Shown in pieces: positions 40,031 to 53,677 of a stretch of 64,000 bases of DNA. The DNA is from Owenia fusiformis. Its lineage: Eukaryota. Below the pieces are notes generated by a model. It worked only from the letters and a program-made list of their open reading frames with translations, was not told the origin of the DNA and ran no database searches. A program made the position numbers and the translations under genes. The number at the start of each line of letters is the position of its first letter. Within the stretch, counting starts at the first letter, position 1. Location of the stretch: assembly GCA_903813345.2 (NCBI GenBank), contig CAIIXF020000001.1, forward strand, positions 29,264,001 to 29,328,000, given 5' to 3'.

Positions 40031-41306
40031 CTGTAAAATAACAGCATTCATATAATTTCAATAAATTCAATAAGTGACTCATAATGTTCAAATAATAATA
40101 ATTCAACTTGAGCTGTGTGTTATTTACAAATCATCAGTTGAAGGTATTGGAGGAAAATTCTTCTTCCACAACACGATGAGATTTAAAACCTGATTCAACT
40201 TGGACTTCACTCCTTTCTTCATACCTCACAGGAATAATCTTTGTTTACCTATGGGTATTAAATCTTGAGGAATTTTAAGAGGTATGAATGCATACTTGGA
40301 TTCTTTTATGAGTTGAAAGACTAGCCTTTATATCGGTTTATTGGTATTATATACTTAAAACATATTTCTACTCCTAACAGATTTCAAAAGTAAATCTAAT
40401 TTTGTTCCACATATATCTATCTGGCTTGATAATCAAAAAGACATTTGAATGAGCCGTCTTTAATTAGGTATACATTATGCCTTTAGGAAATACATTTCGG
40501 CTACGCTGCGGGTGGCAGAGATTTTTCCGCCTTATATTTCAACAAATAATGGCAACAAATTATATATCACAATACCTAGTTTTTTCTTCCTTCAACCATA
40601 TAATCTATATTGAAAATAGCGGTTAAATTTGACACAATGAATTTTAAATCATCTTAAATTCATGAAAATGTTACATAAATTTTGATGTATTGATCTTAGG
40701 GATCTAATGCTGTGCTTTCCATAGTCAGACTTTATGTAAAATATTCAGAACTTAATAAAAGTATAAAACATACATCTATTGAATAAGTAAACCCACCTGT
40801 ACATTGCACTTATATTACCTTTATATTTTAGCTCAGCTGTATTTAAAATGACTACTATTAAAATGTTAAAAGGGATTCAATAAAAAGGAAATTGCTCACT
40901 GGGTAGAAAATAAGTGGTTTGTTGTGTTTTCAGCAAAGTAGGTTATTATAGTCAGGATATGTATCAATGTTCATGGTATATGCAAGCTGACTTCCAATAA
41001 ATAATATAAATAATGTATATGAAAAAATATATATCAACTCGAATGGGTGTTTACATGTTTACCTTAGAGTCTCAATAACAAAATGACTAGAGATATAGCA
41101 AGGGGCTATTTTATTTCAGTGGGATAACCATATATTACTACAGATCATATATTTATTGCATTAAACTATGGTAAAAATCAATGCCCTACCTTGCCAAAGT
41201 CATGTAAAAGTCAGTGAGATTATTTAAATTAAATTTCATGATGTTGTGTTATATATATTAGATTTATGTAAGTTTTTAATTATCAAATATCCCATACCCT
41301 GCACGC

Positions 41307-41632
41307 AGTCTAGTTATAAACTACCCTCTGCCTAGTATAGACTATATTACAGTTTAGCAGCTCCGCCCCGACGACAAGTGCCTGGGTCATAAATCATTTC
41401 ATACCTATCACGCAGACCTTTTCTCAACCAATCAGCGAACTGGAAAAAACGTATGCTAAATGCGTGTCCATCGCAAATATGCGATGACATCAGAGAAAAT
41501 GACCATTTAGAAAGTTGTCCGTTATCGACGATGAATTCTCATTGGCTCGGTAAGATCAGAGATTTATTGTAAACTGAAAGAGTGAAGACAAAGCTCTCTT
41601 TTAAGAAGTGGAGTCGAACGAATGGAAAGGGT
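41307..41632. mobile_element. Fragment of a TIR element family; second fragment at 38931-39068
   Basis: 41307-41370 is the reverse complement of about 39005-39068; ttattgtaaactgaaagagtgaagac..aagct..cttttaagaagt occurs at both 38931 and about 41564. Confidence 0.6.
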
Positions 41633-41905
41633 AAATATCCCACTATACAATGCAAAAAAATATCTTTTTAACACCAATACAAAGATTCAACAAAGGACAC
41701 ACTATTTCAGTAATAAAAGGTCATATCTATTGTGCCACTTAAATGTTGAAGCATATCAAAAATATTTTGCAACCTTAGTGGCAATATCATGACATCACTC
41801 ATGTTGAACTTTTTCAATTTTTTTTTCATATGTCCATCTTTTCTAAATATACTAAACTAATTGTCTCACCAGGTGAAACGTGAGGATGAATGCTGCATTG
41901 GTGTG

Positions 41906-42345
41906 AATAACCCAGATGCGAGTAGAAATAATCTTGATTTATGTCATTAAAAATTAAAAATTCAGTCAAAGTAATATCATATTTGAAATCTACATGTAAA
42001 ATTACATCTAGAAATGTGGTTTTAAAAAGTGTTTATCAACTTTGAAAAATTAATTATCTTTGAAAATGTGACTTCTAGCTCTGGGAGATTCCCCATATAC
42101 CCCATGCTATAAAATCACAAAAAATGAAATATCTTTTCTTTTAGTGGACAGATAATATTTTGCTTTACTGGCATATTTTCATTAGTATAAGTATCAGACG
42201 CATAAGGGTTATATGAAAATTGAGCCACTTAAATTGATAATATTCAAATTTAGGGGAACTTTCTTATATACCTGCCATGTTAATTGACCCGAATCAGCCA
42301 CCTGGTGGTGAAACTGGTAACTACCTACTCGCATTTGGGTAATTA
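41906..42345. mobile_element. MITE-like element (inverted relative at 1739-2030)
   Basis: TIR aataacccagatgcgagtag / ctactcgcatttgggtaatt; internal sequence shared with 1739-2030. Confidence 0.6.
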
Positions 42346-42624
42346 TTGCTTATAAAGGATTTGTGTGACTTCTAAAAGTTAGTTTTGAATAAATTCACAA
42401 TCTTTTTTAAAGAAAAAATGTTTCACATATCACACTTTGATAACACTGGCTGAGACTACAATATGAGCAAAGTGGTTTAAACTTTATATGGAGGGGGGGG
42501 GGGCTTTAAGTATGAAACTCATGATAAATTATTAATGATATTATAGTTTTAGGTCAATTATGAAATCATCCAAGCCTTTCTATTTTCATAATTTGAAAAA
42601 AAATTAATTTTAAAATAAAACCTA

Positions 42625-44043
42625 AAACAAGGCATTAACATGACAAAATGTCACCACCTAGTTAGGTCATTGAAGGTCAAATGTCAAATCTTAAGTCAAA
42701 TCTTAAGTCAGATTTGAATTTCTGAGAACACGTAGATGATTTTGAAATTTTTTTTTAGACAATTTGAAGCAAGTTGAAAAAAGACCTTTTTGACCTTGAG
42801 AAGGTCATTGAAGGTCAAAGGTCAAATCTAAAGTCAGATTTGAACTTCTGAGAACTTGTAAAGTCAAATTTGAACGTCTGAAAAGATGTAGATGATTTTG
42901 AAAAAAAAATTTGGTCAATTTGAAGCAAGTTGAAAACAGACCTTTTTGACCTTTTTTGACCTTGAGAAGGTCATTAAAGGTCAAATGTCAAATCTAAAGT
43001 CAGATTTGAATTTCTAAGAACATGTAGATGATTTTGAAAAAAAAAATTAGTCAATTTGAAGCAAGTTGAAAAAAGACCTTTTTGACCTTTTTTGACCTTG
43101 AGAAGGTCATTGAAGGTCAAATGTCAAATCTAAAGTCATATTTGGATTTCTAAGAACATGTAGATGATTTTGAAAAAAAAATTTAGTCAATTTGAAGCAA
43201 GATGAAAAAATACCTTTTTGACCTTTTTTGACATTGAGAAGGTCATTGAAGGTCAAATGTCAAATCTAAAGTCAGATTTGAATTTCTGAGAACATGTAGA
43301 TGATTTTGAAAAAAAAATTTAGTCAATTTGAAGCAAGTTGAAAAAAGACCTTTTTGACCTTTTTTGACTTTGAGAAGGTCATTGAAGGTCAAATGTCAAA
43401 TCTTAAGTCAGATTTGAATTTCTGAGAACACGTAGATGATTTTGAAAAAAAATTTTAGTCAATTTGAAGCAAGTTGAAAACAGACCTTTTTGACCTTTTT
43501 TGACCTTGAGAAGGTCATTGAAGGTAAAATGTCAAATCTTAAGTCAGATTTGAATTTGTGAGAACACGTAGATGATTTTGAAAAAAAAATTTAGTCAATT
43601 TGAAGCAAGTTGAAAACAGACCTTTTTTGACCTTGAGAAGGTCATTAAAGGTCAAATGTCAAATCTAAAGTCAGATTTGAAGGTCAAATGTCAAATCTAA
43701 AGTCAAATCTAAAGTCAGATTTGAATTTCTGAGAACATGTAGATGATTTTGAAAAAAAATTTAGTCAATGTGAAGCAAGTTGAAAAAAGACCTTTTTGAC
43801 CTTGAGAAGGTCATTGAAGGTCAAATGTCAAATCTAAAGTCAGATTTGAACTTCTGAGAACATGTAGATGATTTAGAAAAAAATTGAAGTCAGTCTAAAC
43901 AGTATTTGTTAAGTTATAGGAAGTTGTAAGAAATTGTTACAGACGCCAACCGCCAGACGCCGGACGCCAACCTCCAACCGCCAACCGCCGTCAGAAAAAA
44001 ACGGAGACCATAACAATATGTCACCACTTTTGGTGGTGACATA
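42625..44043 (+). mobile_element. Helentron/HINE (pearl-like) non-autonomous element carrying about 9 tandem 136-bp monomers
   Basis: Left subterminal atgtcaccac (42648); monomer anchor gagaaggtca at 42798, 42964, 43100, 43236, 43372, 43508, 43635, 43804; short (cgccaac/cgccaga)n microsatellite at 43940-43990; 3' hairpin tatgtcaccac-ttttg-gtggtgacata at 44017-44043. Confidence 0.75.
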
Positions 44044-44713
44044 ATAGAAGTATAAAATTTAAAAGACAAAGGTGTGGTTTCATATGGAAAAATACATTCA
44101 TATTTTACATGCAAGGAGTTTGTATATTTCAGATATGTAGCCTCTTATTTAGGAATTTTCAGCCATATTCAATTATTCTTTTTTTAGAAAATGACATGTC
44201 AGAGGGGCATCGAAATAAAAGGGTTGCACATTCTATTAGCCAAACCACAAGCAATCTAAGATATGAAAACATTTTGTGAGTACACTCCCTGTACAATACA
44301 TATGTATTTTCCATATAATAATGTAGATAGTGCACTCTGATCTTTTGATTGCTTATTTTCTAGGTATTATCGACTCAGATTCCAACTGCAGTTCCAGTTC
44401 ATTTGGTTTTCAAAACAACTTGCCATGTAGCTAAATATGGTCACATAACATTTTACGAATACGCATATAATGGACAGTATACTTGTACAAGGAATTAAAT
44501 TTGTCGCCGACCAACCCAAAACTTCTCCACTTTAACTACAAATAACACAACAACATATTGTCATCAAGCAGTTTGAAAAGGCAAGTTATATTCAATTAAC
44601 CTTTTAAATACCATTTCTTATCCTGCTGTGTTCTGCATTGGCTAAAACTACCAAAAATTATCTTGCTTAAAGGTTGAATAAAGACTATAGAAGAAATTTG
44701 GGAGTCATTTTAC

Positions 44714-44923
44714 CTTTCCAGAGCTATTAGTGCAACGTTTGGCCTAATGTCTTCTTCGCCATACCTATTTTCTTAAAATATATGCACTTGTCGACGAATA
44801 CCACCAATCAGACTTGCAAATAGACTTCTAAATAAGCAATTGAAAGGTTGGACGTCCCGCATTTTGTTTTTTGAAACATTTCTAAATCTCCGCCATTTAA
44901 AATTCTTGCTGCAGCTGAGAAAG
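44714..44923. promoter_or_regulatory. Putative bidirectional promoter / divergent first exons of the kinesin and TMEM26-like genes
   Basis: Minus-strand donor AAG|gtaaaa at 44713 and plus-strand donor AAG|gtaaga at 44924; local CpG enrichment; YY1-like ccgccattt at 44890. Confidence 0.45.
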
Positions 44924-45501
44924 GTAAGACCGCATGTTACAGAATAACCGCGGTTGTCTGATATAACCGTATGCATGGTACACGATATGACCGCCGTTGA
45001 CGGTCTATTACCGGCGACTCTTGCAGTTAATTAGATCCACTGACGAAGAAAAATCAAAAAAAATCTAACACTAAAACACCTCAAATCTGCCCATATTCAA
45101 GGTCTTCTTGACACGTGCATGGTATAAAGGAAACAGAATGTTGGATAGAACGTTAGGTGAAAACGGGGCTGGAATCCAATGACAATATAACCGGGAAATC
45201 ATTAAAAGGTACGTGAGCATTTTTTCTGTCGATGTCGGGAGAAGATTCCCGGGGATTTAGGATGCCAGTGATTGTGAATATCGGCAGAAATTAGGTACGT
45301 TCGGGGGTTTTCTTTGTAGCTAATGAAAATAAATGTTAGCCTTGATGAAATATTCAAAATTCGATATATTTTGACACCAGGACCATGATCGTTGGATACG
45401 TCTCTGCACTATCAGCTGGCCTGGGACATTTTTCTGTAAGATTAGTGTCTTAGTCCCAGAGCCTTGGTAGACCAGGATGACCAGCCCTGATGAGATAAGA
45501 C

Positions 45502-46331
45502 CATAGGCTAAGGGTTAAGTAATAGTAAGCTGTATATAGAAGAGACAGGTAAACAATTAGGATTGAAAATTTTTTCAAAAACTTGCCGTCTCGGTACGAG
45601 TTCTCCTTACTGGTATCGAGTCGTACCACCAAATCTCCCAAGAATCTTCTCCAAAGTGTTTTCGAAACGTAGATTGTTGAATATTTCAAATCTATATCCT
45701 AACTCTTCGATAAGACAGCATAAAAAACACCAACTGTACGAACCTGCAATTGCCCGGCAAGTTGAAACTTCCGGACACATGGAAAGATTGAATCTTGTAA
45801 CGATTGATTTGATTGGTTGTAATTAGAAGTTTAAAATTCCAAGAAAAATGTTAATTTCACCATTTAAATTGGGTTTAAAAAGATATTATATGAATCAGAT
45901 GTTTTGATAAATAATTATTAAGTAAACCTTTTATAGTTTTGTACACTTTAATTGATTGTTATTTCTAGAAAATGAATTACATTTTAGAGAACCAGATAGG
46001 TGTCACTGGCGGCGGTTAGCAGGAACCAATCAAATTCCTTGTTTCAAACTTCCATTCATGATTCAACACGGAAATCCGGGTAACTTGCCAGGCAATTGTA
46101 GGTTTTCAGAATATCTCGCCTCAAGACGGCTTTATTCACTTTATATCACTTGAATGTGGTTGATTCATAGGTAAGAATTGAGAAATATCAATTTTGGATC
46201 AACTCTGCATTGTTTTTTGAAAAGTATACACAAATAATGTTAAAATCGCCATGTTAACAAGTGGCCTAAATCCTAGTTGTTCACCTGTCTCTTCTATATA
46301 CAGCTTACTATTACTTAACCCTTAGCCTATG
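45502..46331. mobile_element. Intact MITE, about 60-bp TIRs, 8-bp TSD (P- or hAT-type)
   Basis: gataagac|cataggctaagggttaagtaatagtaagctgtatatagaagagacaggt ... acctgtctcttctatatacagcttactattacttaacccttagcctatg|gataagac. Confidence 0.92.
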
Positions 46332-46361
46332 GATAAGACTATTAGAGTTTTCGCTTAAAAC

Positions 46362-47221
46362 TACCCCCATAAATGTGGGGTTATTTTGAGTTTTTTTTTA
46401 TATTTAGGACATTTGTTTCTCAAAATAACCCCACAAAGTTTAGGCTTTGATTCTTTGCAGTTTTTTTCACATGTTTTGAAGATTCAAGTTCTGACAATAT
46501 CGGCAGTTTCCTTACCTTTTTTCTTCTCTTCTGTGAAGAGGATTCTTTTTCCAATGTAATGAGCGATCGATCAGTGGAAACAATACTTTATAACTGGAAC
46601 AATTTGCAGTAATATTTGACTCTCGAAATCTATTCAAATTTTGGCCATTTTCGCGCGTTGCATTCTGGGAGGAATTATGTGGTAGATGGGAAACTTAACA
46701 GTGCCAAACGAAATCACCTGTCAAATTAATAACAAAATTATTGCTTATGCCTAAGTTCAGGAAAACAAAGGCCGTAGACGATACAGCAGCCAGACGTGAG
46801 GTTGAAAATCCTTTTAATACACCCCGGAAGGTGAAAATCATTTTTCAAAATTTCCCTCCATTTTTACTTTTGGATTTCGTATTTACACGAAGTTTGTCAT
46901 TTAGATAAAAAATATCGACTGCACATGAAATTTGAAAAACTTTTTTAGAAATATCTGTTATCCGTATTAAATCTTCATTACAAGAATGAATACAACACTT
47001 AGAGGGCTATATTTGGAAGCATGTTGAAGATTAATGTCTTGTCGATACGAAAAACATAAAAAAGTGAGTAAATTCTAAAAATATTAGTACAAATTCTATG
47101 TGTATGCTATTGTTTAGCAAATCCCCAAAGAATCAAAGTACTAATCGGTGTGGGGTTATTTTGAGAAACAAATGTCCTAAATATCAAAAAACCTCAAAAT
47201 AACCCCACATCTATGGGGGTA
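46362..47221. mobile_element. Intact MITE, about 73-bp internally palindromic TIRs, 8-bp TSD
   Basis: cttaaaac|tacccccataaatgtggggttattttgag ... ctcaaaataaccccacatctatgggggta|cttaaaac. Confidence 0.9.
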
Positions 47222-48136
47222 CTTAAAACAGATCTGTAGTGTCATATTCTATATTGAAATATTATACATATTACAAAAGACCCTACAGGTACATTTATTC
47301 ACCGATTACCTGGGGTCTTGGTGACGTCTACTTTTTTAAAAAAAAATTCTCAACTTTTTGAAGTTTAATTTCAAATTGAAGTATCACCACTTAGGAGTAA
47401 ACTAGTACGTGAATTTTGAACACTGAGTCTGTGTTACCTTTGTGGTATATCTAATCGTTGTATTATGCCAGCTAAATGTCTTTACTTACGTGGTAAAGCT
47501 GGAACAGACAGATTTGTTCAAATATTTTGAAAGTTGTGGCTATCTATTTGTACCCATATATTGATGACGTCATGAAAACGTAGAAACTTTTATATCCCAA
47601 GATGCACCATAAAACTTTTTTGCGGGAAAATCAAAACTTTTAAATTGTTCATACATTATAATATGTTAATATTGTTTCAATCATGAAATGTGAATAAGTA
47701 ACTGAAATATGATAAATTGAGTTGTAGCAAGATAAATCATATGGCATTGATTGTCTTATCTCCAGTACTTGGGAGGAATCGGGAAGTTGACAAAGATTCA
47801 AGTGGGTAATTACATGATTATTGAACTCCAGATAGCTATTGCATGGGACTTTCTCAAATCTGATCGCAAATTGCGTGGGTGTTATTTGTTTAGAAACATT
47901 GTAATCATTATTTATAATTATAGGACATGAGTAACACATAAAATGTGAAAAGTGATGTGATTTATTGTTTGAACATTTCATTAAGAATTAAAAATTAACT
48001 TTCAAAGTATATCAAGGGTAATGATATGGAATTTGAACTACCTAAATAAAAAGCAGAGAGTCTAATTTATCTTTCAAATATTGTGAAGGATCAGGTGAAC
48101 TAAGCTAATCAAATGACCACAATTTAATTTTCAATT

Positions 48137-51100
48137 ATGGCAGTTGGTAGATTTAGACAAAGCTATAGAGACAAGAAGGCTGTTTTACGACCAACATTGA
48201 TAATCACTGAAATTGTACGATGGCTAGTAATTGCAACAAATGTACTCCTTGCAGTATGGAGATATGGAGAAATTATGGGATATACAATATTTATCCAAAA
48301 TGTTGATGTGAGAAGCCAATTTTGGGGTGTAACTGTCGGATTATTTTTGCTGGGATCTCTTGTTCTGTATCTGCCTTTAAAATTGGTGCTTCTCTTAGTG
48401 TGCTACAATGCAAGACATGCTCATGGATGGTAAGTTTAACTACCAATTAGTGCGATAATCGAACATTGACAATTTTCATGGGTAAACATCGCGATATACG
48501 TCGAGAAAAAGTACAGAAAGCAATTAACAATTACATATATTTTGGAAGAAATGAAAGACATTTGCATGAAATGAGATAGGTAAAAGTGATTTTAACAGAT
48601 TCACTTTTTAAAGTGTGCGCCTGACCCGGCTACGTATAGCACAGAGTTTATACTGGCGGATTAGACTAGTTCATTTTTTATATGTGTGTGAAAGCTTTCT
48701 CTTATTTGCGTTTTTTCGTTTAGTACGGTTTTGTTATAATTGCCGAGGTCATATAACCGGGATAAAACAATGATTATCGTTGACTGCCCACACACAAAAC
48801 ATACGTTGAGTGAACAGTGTTATTACAAACAACAGGCTTTGGAATACAAAGCGTAGTGTGATAATAAGCTGTACACTACCACTGCTGCATGTACATATTA
48901 CTAATTTACTAGGGCTCCCAAAGAGTGGATAGGGAGGTTGTGTTTGTCACTTTTAAATTTTACATTTCAAAATTTTCATTTTACATGTCATAATTTGTTG
49001 GTTTCATTCGTTTAGCCAATCAAAACATTGTAAAACAATAAATTGTCTGTTACGTACAATCAATTTTGTTCAGTTTTGATTAGTTGTCAGAATAAAGTTA
49101 CGTTCATCTGAATCCATGTATCAAAACAAAAATCCTATTTTCACTTCAAAATACTTCAGTGAGATGAAGGCTCGGAATTGTCACATGCAATAACTTATTG
49201 TCGTATTCGTTATTTTATCTTTTCGATAGTAGCATTTAGTCGCACATTTGATGCCAGGTCACCTTGTCGCGTACCTCTTGGGGAACCCCACATTTATGTG
49301 TGTACTCATGGAAGTAAATTCCCCGGTGTAGCCGAGAGCCACAAACTCTTCAACAGGTTCGAAATGACCAATTTCTCTCATATATACTCTAAATCTTTTA
49401 TTATTTGGCACCTACAAAGTATTGCTAATAACCATATGTAATTTCAATAAGGAAACTTATCTGGCTACATATAAATTCAATATCAACACTAGCTGTTCTC
49501 TCAACACGTCCTGGCTTACCTTGTGGTGACAAACCCTGGGTTTTCGCTATTTATAGTTTATCAACACCTGGACGCATGCGCATTTTATAGTTTATCGGGC
49601 ACTTTAAACACTTTTGGTGATGTACATTGTGATGTATCAATTAATTGTGACATCACTCTTACCAATTCTTTCAATTGATGTGTATTTGTTATATTTTATT
49701 GCTTCAGGATTCTCAAAACAGAAAATAGTGTCTGGGAATTGTTCAATTAAAACAATAAATGATTATAAAATTGCAATTTTCCATGATCCAGATTCATATA
49801 CTTGTAACGAACTTCACTTTTTAAACTTTCAATGCCTAAAATCATATGCTCTCTTAGCATAAATGAATATGAATAGCAGACTTAGATTCTGCAAAAAGAA
49901 AAATCAATTGTTTTTGTCATGATGCAGGGTGCAGATTCTACCTCATTTATTGCCTCCCAGAATAAACACTGTACATAGTAAATAAACTAACACAGTTAAC
50001 TTAAATCTCAATTTTCAATCTTTATCTTTCTTAGATAAATTAAAAAATTCAGACCCAAAACCAGCTTTTACCGAGGAGGGGGTCTATTTTTAAAAATCCC
50101 AGGGGAGTGTTTGATAATTTGGCCCAAAATCACTCAAAAAGTGCTCAAAATGTTGAAAAACTACCAGATTTTGAAAAAATTGATCCCTGGCTATGGGCTT
50201 GGAATTGAATAATCAATTTGAATTCAATATGTTTAAGCCACATCTAATTGTACAATACATTTTTTATTCAGTGTTGTTGTGTTTTATTAAAGTAGGATTT
50301 GTTTATATTTCTAGGCGTCCCTCTATACTGCTCTATTCTATGAGTGTCCTTCCTTGCTTCATACTCATACTGATAGCAGTCAGATCAAAGGTAAGAATCG
50401 TACCTCATACTTCAGCCTACAAGGGCACAATCTCCAAATTCATCACTTTTATCTCATTCTACTTATCCACTACGTACAGCTCAACAGCTATATTTGGAGA
50501 GTAACTCAGATATTGAATTGTTGACATTTGTGCATGTCCTGAAGTATTTATTGAGTAACTTGTAAGTTTATAATCCTTTGTGTTTAACAAATGATTTATA
50601 ATTAGGTGTTCCCAACCCACCCCTGATCCTACATATTGTAGTTACTTTTAAGTGATCAGCCAAATTTTAGTCCTTCAGATAACCCTGGTATGAAATGTCA
50701 AGTTTTGCTTTATATACAATTTCCAAGCTGCACTTTTTATTATCTATTTTTGTAAGATGATCATTCACAACAGATGACTGTGTTAAAAATAAATACAATG
50801 AAACCTGTCTAAGAAGAACACCTTTAGTACTTTTAAAAACCGTTCCACTAATCAGGTGTTCTACTTATAGAGGTCCATTTCACATTAAGTCAGTTTGTCA
50901 TGGGGCTCTGAAGTGTTCCAGTAACAGAGGAGTTCCAATTCTAGAGGTTTTAGAGGTTTCAATGTATCTTGATGATGACATAATTTGATAAGTCTTCAAA
51001 ACCTTACATTTTCTTAATAAACTTGTAATTGCAGCATCAAAAACAAGCACTAATTTTGGCGAGTACTAATACTTTAGTAAAAAAATCAGCACAAAAAGCC

Positions 51101-52119
51101 TGAAATATAATATAATTCAAACAACTTATTTTGTTTTGTTTACATATTCAAAAAATTATTCCATTACCAAAGTCACCTTGCTAATCAAAAAATAATTCTT
51201 AATAACTTATATGGGGTGATATTGTGCCCTTTAACCTGAGTTTTATACAGTACACAGTATGCATCACTTCCTTTTGCAGAACTTGACAACGTTTGATGAA
51301 TGGACCATAACTGTGATGCAGGTAGTTGTATTTGGACTGACAATCACCGAGTGGATGGCTAAATTACGTGAAGAACCATTCAGTTATAATCTCATCAGCG
51401 ACATGGGGACAGACTTCTTCACAGCATATGATATCATTGAGATGCTTATGGTGGCTGATCATAATAGAGATGTGTTCACCTCCCACTGGTTGTACATTAC
51501 ATATGGTGTGGGGTTCCTGGCATTTTTCAAATACGTTCCTATACCACCTGTTCATGTCTGCAGTAGTAGTGCTGCTGATGTCACCAAGAGGGGGACCGTC
51601 ATCTACATCTTGGTGAACATGTTCCTTCAGGATATCCCCTTTGTGGTGGTCAGGTTTACAATCATGGGGCTGTATGGGATGAAAGCCAGTGATTTCATCC
51701 ATCCAGTCAAAAATGTCGTCTTTGTTATGATATACATTTTTCAGCTTGTCCTTCTCTTCTCGAACAACAGAACCACTTCTGCCGCTGGAATATCCTTCCA
51801 AAGCCTCGTTTTAAAGGCCCAGTCAGTAAAGCGGAGAGAAAAGGACACAACGGCTGAAGAAAGATCAGCAAAATGCAATACACTTCCAGAAAACAACAAT
51901 ATAACTGTAGAATTGGATGCACTTGATAGGCACTTAGATGATGAACTAATGAAGTCTGGTGTTGAGAATACTGGATTTAAAAGCGATGATCTCCAAACAG
52001 AGGATTTAACAAACAGAACTGGTAGTTTACAACTGAAGGATTTACCAGGTAGTGTTGAAAATTCACAATTGCAGAAATTGCCAAACAGAAGTGCCTCAAT
52101 GCCAAGACCAGATTATTGA
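48137..52119 (+). CDS. Multi-pass membrane protein, TMEM26/TMEM121(CECR6)-like, about 402 aa, 3 coding exons
   Basis: Exons 48137-48429, 50315-50390, 51280-52119 (1209 nt, GT-AG, in phase); several hydrophobic helices; motifs W-RPSILLY..SVLP, TAYDIIE, FLQDIPFVVVR, KNVVFV recall TMEM26; hydrophilic C-terminal tail. Confidence 0.8.
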
Positions 52120-53523
52120 GTGGATAAGACAATATACATGTATTCATGTTTAACCATGGGTAGCTCGGATTAAGACTAAATTTTCATAATGTAAGGGAGT
52201 TTATTTGCAGGATTCTGTTACTCCTAGTTCTGATGCTTTAGCATTGACCATTGGGTTGGATTAAAAATGTATTTTTGTGACTGAAGTCTTGCACAGTGTA
52301 TATCAAAACATAGTTGTAATTGGATTTTTAATTTTCCAATTTCAAATGTACAGCTGTTACTATGATCTTTATTGAAAGTATTTATAGAGTCAGCATGTCC
52401 CGGGCTGCATGTATAAAGTGCAAGTACATGGTTCTCATCACTTAAAAATTTCTACAGAAAATAATCATAATATGTGCAACACATAATTCCTAACAATAAA
52501 GCTGATACATGTACAAATGTAGATACGAATGTAGATAACTCATACGTCATCACTTTTCTTAAACCAAAAATGACAAAACAAGTTTTTCCATGTAGATATG
52601 ATAGTTTATTGGCATATAGTATGTCTTGTTGACCAATGAGTGAAAACTCTCATAAAATTCATATGTGTTTTAGGTTCTTCTCCCATAAAAAAGTGTGAAG
52701 TCATTTTCATGGGAAAGGGCCTAAATCTGTTAATTGAATCTTAGTGAGGGCATAATATAATGATATATAACAAGTACAGATAACTGCGTCTACACACAGA
52801 GTGTTAGCACCGAAAAACAGCAACACAAAAATAGCTTTCCATGTTGATTAAAATTAAATGTATTTCAACTGAAATTTCATTGTTATTTATACTTTAATAA
52901 TTATACATGTAAAACTTAATTTTTCACATCATATTTCTTATAATTCATAGGCAAAACATCAAATGTCAATTAATTTGTGTGAAACATGATAAAATATTTT
53001 TGTGCTACTTTACTGTTAATAATATCTGTTTGGAACCAAGGACCTGAGGTATCAATTATAGCAGTTTTACATTAACACAAAGACTCTCAGGATTCTACAC
53101 TATCGAGGTAAACATTCAGTATATAGTCATCCACACACCCCTTCGATATCAAGATAGACTCAACCAAATATGACCTGATCCATAAGCGGATCAGCTCACT
53201 TTGAAAGGTAGGGGTGTTTCCTAAGGAAATATAAAGACTTAAGGGACTTAAGGTTGAAATGCATATTTGGTTTCATATTTGACCTTAGACGTCATAGTTC
53301 TCACGCACTTTGCAGTTAAAAATTCAAGCAAGCGTATTAAGCTGTATTGAGGAATAAAACATCTAAATTCATGGCCCCTTGTTAAATTGTATATCATTTT
53401 AGCTTTTAATTTCACGATCATAAACAATGATACAACTAAATGTAGGGCTTACATTGCATATTCTTTAACAGCGTACTTAAAATATGGCTTAACAGAATAC
53501 AAAGAACACTATAATACAACATA

Positions 53524-53677
53524 CAGGGTGCCCCGAAAGTGAAGTTACGCTTATTATAACTGAATGTTTATTGAAAATACATGCATTTGCAATATAGATG
53601 AACAAAGCAAACTTATTGATATGGACTTGACAATTGTTACTTATGGTGAAGTAATTAACAACTTTTGGGACACCCTA
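53524..53677. mobile_element. Small Tc1/mariner-type MITE
   Basis: TA|cagggtgccccgaaagt ... acttttgggacaccct; TA on the right flank. Confidence 0.6.

Noticed and set aside
39005-41370. About 60-bp inverted repeat pair as TIRs of one 2.3-kb transposon that captured a kinesin UTR exon
   Set aside because: Shared internal sequence lies outside the interval (38931 and about 41564), so these look like two separate fragments of one family with termini facing each other; no TSD
42660-43880. 136-bp array as a CRISPR or ncRNA array
   Set aside because: Head-to-tail near-identical monomers without variable spacers, bounded by HINE-like ends
51364-51922. Minus-strand and alternate-frame ORFs over the TMEM26-like exon
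   Set aside because: Shadow frames of a real coding exon with no independent motifs
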